A DNA stretch of 64,000 nt from Candidatus Bathyarchaeota archaeon (GTDB lineage: Archaea; Thermoproteota; Bathyarchaeia; Bathyarchaeales; Bathycorpusculaceae), in NCBI GenBank assembly GCA_963720565.1, contig CAVRFW010000005.1:32001-96000 (forward strand), given 5' to 3'. Positions 8,639 through 18,990 of this stretch are shown in pieces. A program made the translations under genes and the position numbers. The stretch's first letter is position 1; every line of letters starts with the position of its first letter. The notes under the pieces are model-generated. The model had not been told where the DNA came from. It did not search any database and saw only the letters and a list, made by a program, of their open reading frames with translations.

Positions 8639-9410
8639 TTTCCTGCCGGTCCAGAAAATTCGGTATGCACCGCTTATCATGGATGGGGTCGAACTTTTCA
8701 AGTTCGGTCTTCTCCAAAGGCAAGACGTTCCTTGAGACTAAGCCGTTCAAGCTGTATGGCAACCTGATTAATCGCATCTCGCCCGCGGTTACCCACTCGT
8801 CGATTGCGAAACCCTTATTTTTTGCGGTTCTCGCAATCTCCAGCCTTTTTTTGTAATCAAACAGGTAGGCTTCTTTGTCGAAAACGTGGATGTGAAAGCC
8901 CCTGCCAGAATACGCGATTCGCATGCGCGAAAACTGGTTCTCAAGAAACTCATAAAGATGCAGGGCTTCTTCCTTAACCATTTCCAGTTCTAACTTGCAG
9001 AAACTCAAGCCTTGACCTCGCTTCATTTTGTCGGCAAGACTGCCGTGAACAGGGCAATTCACGTTTTCCGGATCAAGATCAAACGCTAGTTCTTGACCTA
9101 TCTTGCGAGCGCTATCATCATAGACGTTTCGGTCGTAGTACGCAGCCTCAGGTTCAAACTCGACTATCTGACCCCGCACGTCATCTAGGTCTTCGTACTC
9201 GTCAATTATTATCGTGGTCTCAGCGTCCTCTTGGTATTTCCTGGGGTATATTCGCGTGTGCCTGCCTATTATGACTGCAAACCTTACTTTGCCCATCACA
9301 TTACGAAACCACTCATCTACTTTCTTAACGCTAAATTCCTCACTGTAGAATTCTCTTCGTTCTTCAAGCGTTGCGTATCGCATACCCCTGGGTAATCTGT
9401 ATCTAGCCAT
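8625..9410 (-). CDS. Archaeo-eukaryotic primase small-subunit-like protein
   Basis: AEP motifs ELAFDLD, YSGRGFHIHV, RLIRLPYSLNG. Confidence 0.85.
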   Translation of the reverse strand: MARYRLPRGMRYATLEERREFYSEEFSVKKVDEWFRNVMGKVRFAVIIGRHTRIYPRKYQEDAETTIIIDEYEDLDDVRGQIVEFEPEAAYYDRNVYDDSARKIGQELAFDLDPENVNCPVHGSLADKMKRGQGLSFCKLELEMVKEEALHLYEFLENQFSRMRIAYSGRGFHIHVFDKEAYLFDYKKRLEIARTAKNKGFAIDEWVTAGEMRLIRLPYSLNGLVSRNVLPLEKTELEKFDPIHDKRCIPNFLDRQETTSS

Positions 9411-9539
9411 GCAATTCCCTACTGATTACTCGAATTGTTAACCGAAATATCTTGCGGAAAACAACAGCGCTATGCTTGAAGCTTGAATTCAGAAACACTA
9501 ATATTTAGTTTCTCACGAAATATGGGTAGGTGAACTTTC

Positions 9540-9878
9540 TTGCCGATAGACCCTGATTTCCAGAAGAACCGACAGGTCGCCGGAGAACACAACGGACATA
9601 AAGTTTGGGGACCCCTGGAACCACCCACGAAGCAGGGCATACACGGAACCAATGTTGCTGTCGACTGGGACGTATGTACTGGAGATGGCGTGTGCATCGA
9701 CATATGCCCCGTATCTCTATATGATTGGGGAGAAGCTATTGGACACCCGCTCTCGGAGAAGAAATCGGATCCTGCCCGAGAAGTCGATTGCATACAATGC
9801 CTAGCCTGCGAATTACAATGCCCGACTCAGGCGATAAAAATAACTGCTCCAATAGAAAGTCGCGGTCGAGAACCGTAG
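9540..9878 (+). CDS. Zinc-containing (Zfx-type) dicluster ferredoxin
   Basis: PIDPDF..NRQV.GEHNGHKVWGP...GIHGT extension; CTGDGVCIDICP and CIQCLACELQCP. Confidence 0.85.
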   Translation: MPIDPDFQKNRQVAGEHNGHKVWGPLEPPTKQGIHGTNVAVDWDVCTGDGVCIDICPVSLYDWGEAIGHPLSEKKSDPAREVDCIQCLACELQCPTQAIKITAPIESRGREP

Positions 9879-9969
9879 ATCTTCACTATTTTTTCTAGTG
9901 ACTGCAGTATTTCATTAGAACTTAGTCGAGATTTAGAAAAGGAAGAAAAGAGAGGATGGTGTTCAAAAC

Positions 9970-10584
9970 TTACTGTTTTGTTTTGAGGATTGTGTTTGCG
10001 TTGTCCCAGTTGACGACGTTCCAGAAACCCTCGACGAATTTGGCGCGGTCATTCTTGTAGTCAACGTAGTATGCGTGCTCCCAAACATCTAGAACCAGCA
10101 GAAAGCGCAAAGCTGGGTAAACGTTAACATTGTGCTTCTCGATTTGCATAATTAAAGGCCGATCGATGCATGGGTGCATAGCAAGAGCAGCCCAGCCGGA
10201 GCCTTCAACGCTGGTAGCAGCCTGGGAAAACTCCTTCTTGAACCGTTCGTAACTTCCAAACTCTTTCATGAGTGCTTCTGCGATAAGTCCTTCGGGTTTT
10301 CCTCCGCCGCCTTTTCCCGGTGGTGCCATGCTATTCCAGAAAGTGGTGTGTAACATGTGGCCCCCTATGTGGAAAGACAGTTCCTTCAAGGTTGACTTGA
10401 CATCTATTTCTGCGTTCTCTTGTCTGGCTTTATCCAGTTTCGCAAAGATTGCGTTGGCACCGTTTACATATGCTAGATGATGTTTGTCATGATGAAGCGT
10501 CAACTGGAGCTCAGAAAGGTACGGTTCTAGAGCTTTGTAGTCGTAAGGCAATTTGGGCAAACTAAAAGTTTTTACAGCTTCCAT
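9970..10584 (-). CDS. sod: Fe/Mn superoxide dismutase
   Basis: [33 protein letters not shown]. Confidence 0.97.
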   Translation of the reverse strand: MEAVKTFSLPKLPYDYKALEPYLSELQLTLHHDKHHLAYVNGANAIFAKLDKARQENAEIDVKSTLKELSFHIGGHMLHTTFWNSMAPPGKGGGGKPEGLIAEALMKEFGSYERFKKEFSQAATSVEGSGWAALAMHPCIDRPLIMQIEKHNVNVYPALRFLLVLDVWEHAYYVDYKNDRAKFVEGFWNVVNWDNANTILKTKQ

Positions 10585-10748
10585 TCTTATCACCAAAAAC
10601 TGAGAATTTCAAGAGGATTCAATATTAATATACCTTGCCGTTTGCTGTTTCACCATCCGTCTTTGGCTTTTCGTTAGTAACTGGCGAGAAAAAATCTTGA
10701 AGGGTAATCGTAACCTATAATGGAGAGCTTTGTAATTACAGTAGCCAG

Positions 10749-11261
10749 GTGAATAACACGACAAAAACTGATGAAAACTTGAAAGCCGCATTTGCAGGCG
10801 AATCACAAGCAAACAGGCGATACTTGGCTTTTGCTCAGAAGGCTGAAGAAGAAGGCTTCACTCAAGCCGCTAAGCTCTTCAGGGCAGCTGCAGAGGCAGA
10901 AACCATCCATGCGCTAAATCATGTAAGAATAACGGGACAGGTAAAATCAACCCTTGACAACCTAGGTGCAGCAGTTGCTGGCGAAACAGAGGAGTTCAAG
11001 AGCATGTACCCAGGATTCATAGACGTAGCTAAGAAAGAAGGAAACAAGCAGGCTGTTTGGAGCTTTGATGTTGCAAACAAAGTCGAAAAAGTGCACGCTG
11101 GTCTTTTCCAGAGGGCGATGGATGCACTAAAAACGCAGAAGCCAATTGAAAAGGTAGATTATTATGTCTGCGGTGTCTGCGGAAACACTGTAGAGGGTTC
11201 GCCACCAGACAAATGTCCGATTTGCGGCGCTCCAAAAGAGAAGTTCTACAAGCCATCCTAA
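10749..11261 (+). CDS. rbr: Rubrerythrin
   Basis: AFAGESQA, EAETIH, EKVH, YVCGVCG...CPICG. Confidence 0.95.
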   Translation: MNNTTKTDENLKAAFAGESQANRRYLAFAQKAEEEGFTQAAKLFRAAAEAETIHALNHVRITGQVKSTLDNLGAAVAGETEEFKSMYPGFIDVAKKEGNKQAVWSFDVANKVEKVHAGLFQRAMDALKTQKPIEKVDYYVCGVCGNTVEGSPPDKCPICGAPKEKFYKPS

Positions 11262-11368
11262 CGGATGCAACATCACCATTTTTTCTCTCTCCAAGAAAAA
11301 TGGCTGCTCATTTTACGATCTAACAAAGATTATATTGCCTAACATGAAAGCTTAGATTGGTGATTTTA

Positions 11369-11587
11369 ATGGGTTGTTGGAAATGGTTTAACGGAGTTTT
11401 GAAAGAAGCCAATTTGGAAGCCACAGACAAGAACAAAGAAAAAATTGACGCTGTCATCCACAAGTACATAGGAGAACAGTCAAATCTAGGCCGCTGCTCA
11501 GCTGACTGGAAGAAAGCCCGCAAAGAAATTCAGGAAAACCCTGAGATGAAAAAGGAGCTCATATCTAAGCTCAAAACGCTCGTCTAA
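11369..11587 (+). CDS. Hypothetical small protein
   Basis: Clean ORF MGCWKWF... with GGTGA RBS; two Cys. Confidence 0.7.
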   Translation: MGCWKWFNGVLKEANLEATDKNKEKIDAVIHKYIGEQSNLGRCSADWKKARKEIQENPEMKKELISKLKTLV

Positions 11588-11765
11588 AGCAGCCTTCCCG
11601 GGCAACCAACTTCCCCCTATTTCCTTTTCAGCTGAATACCCCAAAAAGCATGTACAGTAGTTTAACCTAATTCTAAAAAAATGGCTCAAAAGAAAAAACA
11701 AAAAAAGAAAAGAAGTGGCTTACGACATGCCCGCTTCTCTGTAAAAAAAGCGCTGAATGCGCATA

Positions 11766-12950
11766 TTAAGTTTTTATTTTGGCAGCGACTTGTTGTCCGA
11801 ACTCGAAGCATTTTTTCAGGTCTTCTTGGTCAGGAATGTATTTTATTTCGATTCCTGGTTCTAAGGTTTGGAAGCCAACTTTCTTGACGGTTTCAGTCAT
11901 GTTTCTAACTGCGCCTCCACCCCACCCGTAGGATCCGAAGAAGGCCCACAGCTTGTCTTTTGGTCTTAATCCCGTGGCGTACGTTAAGAATTGACCAATC
12001 GTGGGGAACATTTGGTTATTAAGTGTCGGCGAACCCACTACCACTGCTTTTGCGTCTAGTATTTCTGTCATGGCTTCAGTGCTGTCTGAAGAGCGCAGTT
12101 TGAGCATTTTGACGTCTACGCCTTGGCTTGTTACTCCTTCAGCTATGGCGCGCGCCATCTTGTCAGTGCTGCCCCACATGGTGTCAAAAACTATGACCAC
12201 TTTGTTCTGGGATTTGCCACTGCTCCATTCCAGGTAGGCGTTGATTATTTTTGACGGGTTAGAACGCCAGATTATTCCGTGGCTTGGCGCAATCATGTCG
12301 ATGGGTATTCCGAGTTGAACTACTTCCTGGATTTTGCGGGTTATCATACCGCCTAAGAGCATTAGTATATTGGCATAGTAGGTTTTGGCTTCCTCCATCA
12401 AGACGTGTTCGTCAACTTCGTCGTCGAATCGTTGCGGAGTGGCAAGATGCTGTCCGAACGCGTCGTTGGGCATTAGGATTTTGTCTTCCACGATGTATGT
12501 GAACATGCTGTCAGGCCAATGCAGCATCGGCGCTTCGAGGAATTTCAGTGTCCTTTTTCCTAGTTTCAATTCGTCGCCTGACTTGACGGTTTGAATATTG
12601 AAGTCGGGACCGTAATGCTCGATTATGGCGTCTTTTCCTTTCTGAGATGCGATGATTGTCGCGTTCTTAGCGTATTTTGCGACTATGGGCAGGCTGCTTG
12701 AATGGTCCATCTCCACGTGGTTGATTATGATGTAGTCTATTTTTTCAGGGTCAACTAGTTCGCTCACTTTCTGCATGAGTTCACTGGAAAACGCCTGTTT
12801 AACGGTGTCGACAAGGGCGGTTTTCTCGTCTTTGATTAGGTACGCGTTGTAAGTGCTGCCTCTGCGGGTTGTGTAACCGTGAAAGTCACGTATGTTCCAG
12901 TCGACTACTCCAACCCAGTTTATGTTTTCTGCTAGTGTAATTTTGTTCAT
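11766..12950 (-). CDS. fprA: Flavodiiron protein (FprA; O2/NO reductase)
   Basis: GSTYNAYL, HVEMDH, LHWPD, DAFG, PSHG, flavodoxin domain TMWGST and FGSYGW. Confidence 0.95.
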   Translation of the reverse strand: MNKITLAENINWVGVVDWNIRDFHGYTTRRGSTYNAYLIKDEKTALVDTVKQAFSSELMQKVSELVDPEKIDYIIINHVEMDHSSSLPIVAKYAKNATIIASQKGKDAIIEHYGPDFNIQTVKSGDELKLGKRTLKFLEAPMLHWPDSMFTYIVEDKILMPNDAFGQHLATPQRFDDEVDEHVLMEEAKTYYANILMLLGGMITRKIQEVVQLGIPIDMIAPSHGIIWRSNPSKIINAYLEWSSGKSQNKVVIVFDTMWGSTDKMARAIAEGVTSQGVDVKMLKLRSSDSTEAMTEILDAKAVVVGSPTLNNQMFPTIGQFLTYATGLRPKDKLWAFFGSYGWGGGAVRNMTETVKKVGFQTLEPGIEIKYIPDQEDLKKCFEFGQQVAAKIKT

Positions 12951-12971
12951 GTTTTTTCACTCGCTCACCAA

Positions 12972-13391
12972 TTATTCTCTTTGGGTGTGTAATTTATACG
13001 TTATTTTGACGCCGGCTCTCTCGAATAGTATTCCAACGGGGCAATTTTTGAGAGTCACGTCATGTAGCCTTTGGACCTTATCGTCTGGCGCGTCAATTCT
13101 GAAGAGTATGTCAAAAGCTTCCTCAGTTATCGTGCCTACTTCTGCGTTTTTTGCAGCTTCGAGTTTGACCTCGCAACCTTTCAGCTGAAGACGCATTTTC
13201 TTTGCCGTTAATGCGGCGATGGTGGCGTAGCAGCCTGCGTGACTCATAACGCAGAGTTCAAGCGGGGTTGGTCCAAGACCTGGGGAAGTTTCAGTAGGCT
13301 GATCTGCCACGGAACATTGTGACCTACCATTATCCAGAATTAGCTCATATCCTTGGATTATTCGGGCTCTCGCATTAATTTTGCCAGTCAA
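12972..13391 (-). CDS. OsmC-family protein
   Basis: GPTPLEL...AGC and KNCPV; TTG start chosen after GGAGATGA. Confidence 0.85.
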   Translation of the reverse strand: MTGKINARARIIQGYELILDNGRSQCSVADQPTETSPGLGPTPLELCVMSHAGCYATIAALTAKKMRLQLKGCEVKLEAAKNAEVGTITEEAFDILFRIDAPDDKVQRLHDVTLKNCPVGILFERAGVKITYKLHTQRE

Positions 13392-13588
13392 GTTTTCATC
13401 TCCAATTTTTCCTATACTCCTATTTATCCAAAGTTCAACAGCGAGTCTCAACCATGAAATTGTTAATATTACTTTCGTCCTCGAATCGAGTTACTCTGAA
13501 TGGATGTGCAGACGTCGCAAAGATAATATTTGAGGGCATTTAGATTACTAAAGGAGCAACGTGCTGTTAGCGATTTGTCAGTTAGAGG

Positions 13589-14242
13589 TTGATGCTATTG
13601 AGTCTATTACCTGATGATAAGAAAGAAGTACTCAGAAACGAGCTGAAAGAGAAAATGGTCGATCCAGTCAGCATTATAATGTTCACTCAGGAAGTTGAGT
13701 GCCGGTTCTGTTCTGACACGCGACAGTTGGTTCAGGAATTTCAGACTTTAAGCGACAAAATCAAGGTTGAAGTTTACGATTTCATGGCTGACGGTGACAA
13801 AGCCAAACAATATGGGATTGAAAAGATTCCGGCTTTGGCAATTGTCGGCAAGAAGGATTATGGTGTGAGAATTTACGGGATTCCTTATGGATACGAGCTG
13901 CAGACACTGGTCGAAGCAATCGTTAACGTGTCAAAGGGAACAACTGACCTCTCGGAAAAAACTAAAAGCATATTAGCCGATGTAAAAGCACCCGTGCACA
14001 TACAGGTTTTCGTCACTTTGACTTGCCCTCATTGTCCCACAGCGGCAGCTGTGGCGCATAAACTGGCTATTGAAAGTGACTTCGTTAAAGCTGACGTAAT
14101 TGACAGCAGCGAGTTCCCGCAACTTGCTCAGAAATACTCCGTAATGGGCGTGCCTAAAATAGTGATTAACGAGAAAGTGGAGTTTGTTGGAGCGTTCAGC
14201 GAGGATTTATTCGCTGAGCACGTGTTACTCGGGGCAATCTAA
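13589..14242 (+). CDS. Protein disulfide oxidoreductase (two thioredoxin folds)
   Basis: CRFC and CPHC; GIPYGYE; VMGVP. Confidence 0.92.
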   Translation: MMLLSLLPDDKKEVLRNELKEKMVDPVSIIMFTQEVECRFCSDTRQLVQEFQTLSDKIKVEVYDFMADGDKAKQYGIEKIPALAIVGKKDYGVRIYGIPYGYELQTLVEAIVNVSKGTTDLSEKTKSILADVKAPVHIQVFVTLTCPHCPTAAAVAHKLAIESDFVKADVIDSSEFPQLAQKYSVMGVPKIVINEKVEFVGAFSEDLFAEHVLLGAI

Positions 14243-14419
14243 CTGCGTCAATAATGATAAAAGCGTTCTTCATTCTGACGCTTGAGGTGCGACGCGGTTG
14301 CTGGAAACCTCTGCCACATAAACGGAGAACAAGTTTTTCAACCATCTGAAAATTGATGCACAAAAAAGTAGAGGAAGAAAAGTGGAGCTCAAGAAACGGA
14401 GTAGTCTATTTTCTGCGGT

Positions 14420-14611
14420 TTAGCATTTGTCGCAACCGCATCCGCATTGTGAATGTCCTTTCGACGAGTCGCTGACGAATTTTGTCGGACTCTTATCGAA
14501 GGTTGCCTTGCAGGATGGTGCGCAGAAATAGTAGGTTTTGCCTTTGTACTCTGTTTTGTGCTTTGCTGTTTTTTCGTCCACTTTCATTTTGCAAACTGGA
14601 TCTATAGCCAT
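14420..14611 (-). CDS. YHS/TRASH-domain metal-binding protein
   Basis: DPVCKM...YYFCAPSC; Cys-rich tail HSQCGCGCDKC. Confidence 0.9.
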   Translation of the reverse strand: MAIDPVCKMKVDEKTAKHKTEYKGKTYYFCAPSCKATFDKSPTKFVSDSSKGHSQCGCGCDKC

Positions 14612-14641
14612 TTGTTTTTCACCTCCATGTGAAACGCTGTT

Positions 14642-16757
14642 TTAACCGTTAAACTTTTCGAATTTAAATTTCGCCAGCTTAAGCAATGCGGAATTGCTGA
14701 CTACTGTTAGGCTGCTTATCGCCATTGCTCCTGCGGCGTAGATTGGGTTTAACAATCCTGCTGCGGCGATTGGAATCATTACCGTGTTGTACGCAAATGC
14801 CCAGAATAGGTTTGTGTTGATTTTCGTCATGGTTTTCTTGCTGAGTTCTACTCCGAGCGCTACGTCTCGCAGATCGTCTTTGATGAGCACGATTCCACCT
14901 GTTTCTTTGGCAATGTCTGTTCCGCTGCCTATGGCGATGCCGACGTCTGCCTGCGCCAATGCTGGAGCATCGTTTATGCCGTCGCCGACCATAGCCACCA
15001 CTTTGCCTTCGCCCTGCAATCTCTTGATAGAATCCACCTTCTGCCAAGGCAAAACGTTAGCTATGACGTTATCAATGCCTAATTTTGCGGCTATGGATTT
15101 GGCTGTTTTCTCGTTGTCACCGGTTAGCATAACCACTTCCATGTTCATGCTTTTCAACGCTTGAACCGCTTCCTGAGCGCTTTCTTTTGGCGTATCCATG
15201 GCAGCGATTGCGCCTGCAACTTGGCCGTCTACGGTCAGAATCATGGTTGTTTTTCCTTCACTTTCCAACTTGTCGACGTCCGCTTCCACGTGTGCTGTTG
15301 AAATGTTTTCTTCCTGGAAGAGCTTACGGTTTCCAAGGAGGACTTTCCTGCCGTTCACGATGCATTTTATGCCTCGCCCGGGTAACGCTTCGAAAGCTTC
15401 TGCGTCTACCAGTTTCGCTTCTATTTCCCGAGCTTTCCTGACAATTGCCTCAGCAAGCGGATGCTCTGAGGCTTTTTCAGCCGATCCAGCATATACCAAC
15501 ACGTCTTTCGCGGTGAACGCGCCGTATGTTTTAACGTCGGTTACTGATGGTTCGCCTTTGGTGAGGGTTCCCGTCTTGTCGAAGACCACTGTGTCGAGTT
15601 TTCTGGATTTTTCGATGTATTCACCGCTTCGGAGGAGCACTCCGTATTCAGCGCCTTTGCCCACGCCCGCCAGTATAGCAGTGGGTGTGGCGATGCCCAA
15701 CGCGCACGGACAGGCTATCAGCAACACTGCAAGCAAGGTTAGAAAAGCTGTTGAAAAGCCGGCTGTGAAGTACCAGTAGGTGAAGGAGATTGCGGCTACG
15801 GCGAATACTATTGGAACGAATCTGGCTACGACTTTGTCGGCGAACTTTTGAGCGGGAGCGCTTGAGGCTTGGGCTTCTTCCACGAGGTGTACGATTTGTG
15901 CGAGGGCGGTCTCTTCGCCTACTTTTGTGGCTTTGAATTGTATTGTGCCTGTTTTGTTTATGGTTGCGCCAATTACTTCACTGCCTATGTTTTTCTCTAC
16001 AGGTATGCTTTCCCCGGTGAGGAGTTTTTCGTCGACCGAGGAGTACCCTGCGATGACAACGCCGTCTGTGGGAATCTTTTCGCCCGGCTTTACAATTACA
16101 ATATCATCGACCTGCAGATCATCTATGGATATTTCAGTTTCTTTTCCATCGCGGATTACTATTGCCATTGTCGGTCTGAGTTCAAGGAGTTTCCTTATGG
16201 AAGCGGCTGATCTTCTGCGGATGAGTTCTTCGACATATTTGCCCAGCAATACGAAGGCTAGAATGCCTATCGAGATTTCGAGGTATGCTATTCCATCGTT
16301 TGCGATGGCGGCTAACGCCGGTATGAACGTGGTGACTGCTCCGTATAACCAGCCTGCTATGACGCCAGCTGGCGACCAGTACGTCCATGTTTATCTTACG
16401 GTTTCTAAGTGAGAAGTAAGCGCCTTTGATTATGCTGAATCCAGCGATCCACACGATGGGGGTGGAGACTATGAATATTGCTAGCCCATAGACTGATAAT
16501 CCACCGATGATTTCAAGAGTCATTATGGCTGCGACAAGCCCGAAGGTTGCAACTACGCGCAGTCCTAGTGCCGCTACTACCCCGATTAAGGTGAGTGAGA
16601 CTCTGCGTCTCATTGCTTTGAGTTCGCGTTCGGGTGCAGTGTACACGTCTGCGCATGATTGGCTGCAGAAGTAGTATGTCCGGTCGCCTATCTTGCGTTT
16701 GATGGCGGTTTCTGTGTCAACCATCATTCCGCACACGGGATCTCTTGCTGTTGCCAT
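14642..16757 (-). CDS. copA: Cu-translocating P1B ATPase with N-terminal YHS domain; one frameshift near 16370
   Basis: [45 protein letters not shown]...MAISS; ORFs 16182-16844 and 14642-16249 join if one base is removed. Confidence 0.9.
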
Positions 16758-16911
16758 AGTTGTTCTAAGCTCCAAAATTGTGATGTAAAGAATTGTCTCG
16801 GCAAAGCTTATAAATATATCTGTAGAAGATATATCTTTCCACACGTATCAAAGTCTAAAATCTAAGAAGCAAACCCACCTAAGCACAAGGAATACGATGA
16901 AGAACCAGCCA

Positions 16912-17187
16912 TTATGCTAGACGCTTAATAATGTGGCAACCAAATTTCGTCTTAACCACAGCCGAAACATCACCCTTGTTCAACGCAAAGGCAGCGTTCT
17001 CAAACTCCTTCACCATCTTCCCCCGCGTGAACGTTCCAAGATCTCCGCCACGTTTCCCAGACGGACAAAGCGAAACATCCTGGGCGATGGCACCGAATTT
17101 CTCACCCTTCTTTAACCTCTCCAACACGGCTTTGGCTTCAGTCTCAGATTTGACTAGTATATGGGCACAGTGTACTTTGTCCGCCAT
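16912..17187 (-). CDS. ppiC: Parvulin-type peptidyl-prolyl isomerase
   Basis: AHILVK, SLCPSGKRGGDLG.F.RG.MVKEFE, TKFGCHII. Confidence 0.92.
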   Translation of the reverse strand: MADKVHCAHILVKSETEAKAVLERLKKGEKFGAIAQDVSLCPSGKRGGDLGTFTRGKMVKEFENAAFALNKGDVSAVVKTKFGCHIIKRLA

Positions 17188-17336
17188 AGCTATCTTTATG
17201 TTGCATTTCAACTAATAACTCTTCCTTGCCAATTTCTCAGAGTCCTTTTCGAGCACACACAATTTCCAAAACAAAGGCGTAACGCTAACTGGAAGCTGCA
17301 ATATATTTAAACGAAGCAAGGCGCTATGGGTTTTTC

Positions 17337-17735
17337 ATGCACGAATGGGCTTTAGCCGAGGCCGTAATCGCAACAGCACAACAGATCGCTGAAAAAGAAA
17401 AGCTGAAAGAAGTCAAAGAAGTAACCATAAAGGTCGGAGAGTTGCAGCAGGTTGAGAAAGACATACTTCTTTTCGCGCTCTCACAACTTAAGCCACCAAG
17501 CTTTAAAAACGCCAAATTCCGCATAACCAGAGCGAAAAGCAAGCTTAAATGCCGAGCCTGCGAAACCACTTGGCTTTTCAGCAAGCAAAAGCTAGACAAG
17601 GAGACCGTAGAGGCTATTCACTTCGTTCCCGAAGTGGCACACACGTATATCAAATGTCAGAAATGCGGCAGTCCCGACTTTGAAATTATCGAGGGACGTG
17701 GCATCTGGCTACAGAACATAAAGGGAATACGATAG
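17337..17735 (+). CDS. hypA: Hydrogenase nickel-incorporation protein HypA
   Basis: MHE start, CRAC and CQKC, GRG. Confidence 0.95.
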   Translation: MHEWALAEAVIATAQQIAEKEKLKEVKEVTIKVGELQQVEKDILLFALSQLKPPSFKNAKFRITRAKSKLKCRACETTWLFSKQKLDKETVEAIHFVPEVAHTYIKCQKCGSPDFEIIEGRGIWLQNIKGIR

Positions 17736-17737
17736 AC

Positions 17738-18464
17738 ATGGTTGATCCTCGGATATCTGTGATAGACGAGAGGCTTAGACAGGTAAGCAGAATAATCGCT
17801 GTTTCAAGTGGAAAAGGGGGAGTCGGCAAGAGCATGGTGGCAACCACTCTTGCGTTGACGCTGGCTCAAAGCTGCAAAGTGGGCCTTTTCGATTTGGATT
17901 TCACAAGCCCGTCCACTCATCTAATTCTGGGGGTAAAGAAAGCGCTGCCGAAAGAGGACAAGGGAATAATTCCCCCCGAGGTCAAGGGCTTAGTTTACAT
18001 GTCTCTCATTTATTATTCCAAGGATCAGGCAGTTCCGTTGCGTGGGGCAGATGTCTCGAACGCATTAATCGAGTTGCTCGCCGTCACCCAGTGGGGTAAA
18101 TTAGATTTTCTGATAATTGACATGCCACCAGGCATTGGGGACGCAGTGCTGGATCTCTTGAGGCTGGTTAAACGCGTAGAATTCCTAATCGTCACAACGC
18201 CTTCGCTGCCTAGCTTTTGAAACTGTGAAGAAGCAGGCGACTTTACTGAGGGAGTTGAAGTTTCCAATAATCGGCGTTCTTGAAAACATGAAAATGAACA
18301 ATTCAGACAGCATCCAACTGGAAACTGGAAAACTCGGTTTGAATTTCCTCGCAGAAATCCCTTACGACCCAAAAGTTGAAGAAGCAATTGGAAACAAGAA
18401 CAAGCTTCTTGAAACCATGATTGCAGAGAAAATCAGAGAAATACTTCAAGTCAAAGCTCTATAG
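17738..18464 (+). CDS. Mrp/MinD-family ATPase (ATPase-type HypB-like); frameshift near 18209
   Basis: DPR..I..RL, SGKGGVGKS, DMPPG, GVLENM; removing one C gives TTPSLLAFETVKK; 2 nt after hypA. Confidence 0.85.
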
Positions 18465-18592
18465 CGCGCATTTTTTGACTTACGAATCCAAACTGACTAA
18501 TGTTACTTATCGTAGATTCATAAGTTGCCCTATTATTTTGAATTCATAAGCGTCTTAAGCACGTTTGGTTCTACAGCTATCTCGGTGGAAAA

Positions 18593-18811
18593 TTGGGTCT
18601 GCGTCGCCGAGCCTTGACTATTCTATTTCTTCCCATCGTAGTTCTCGTTTTCATGGTTGGTTGGATCTTTTATTACATGGGAAAACAACAGGATAGAGGC
18701 ATCGAAGCACAGCGAAAAAGCAGTGTACAGCAAGGCACAGGCATCAACGAAGAAGACTATGTTGAAGTTGGGTTAATAGAAGACCTCATGGAGAAAACAG
18801 TCCAAAACTGA
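18593..18811 (+). CDS. Small single-TM hypothetical protein
   Basis: RRR followed by a ~20-aa hydrophobic stretch. Confidence 0.6.
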   Translation: MGLRRRALTILFLPIVVLVFMVGWIFYYMGKQQDRGIEAQRKSSVQQGTGINEEDYVEVGLIEDLMEKTVQN

Positions 18812-18990
18812 GAATCATAGTCAAATAGCAGCAGAAAACATCAAAAGCTAATTTAGAAACAACCATTTGCCATAGAAGCATTAGTGTTGATACCTTGTGA
18901 CAAAGGGTTAACTATCACGAAAACTCTTAAATGAGACCGAGAATTACTCAATCAAGAATTCGCGTATAGCGATCAACGAGATGAAGTTGA

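Noticed and set aside
14243..14281. K-turn/C-D-like motif (ATGATAA...CTGA within GCGTCA/TGACGC)
   Set aside because: Imperfect C box, wrong bulge geometry, no second box pair
14784..16412. Long + strand ORFs opposite copA (similarly opposite topIB, thermosomes and ftr)
   Set aside because: Antisense shadows of well-supported genes, no motifs
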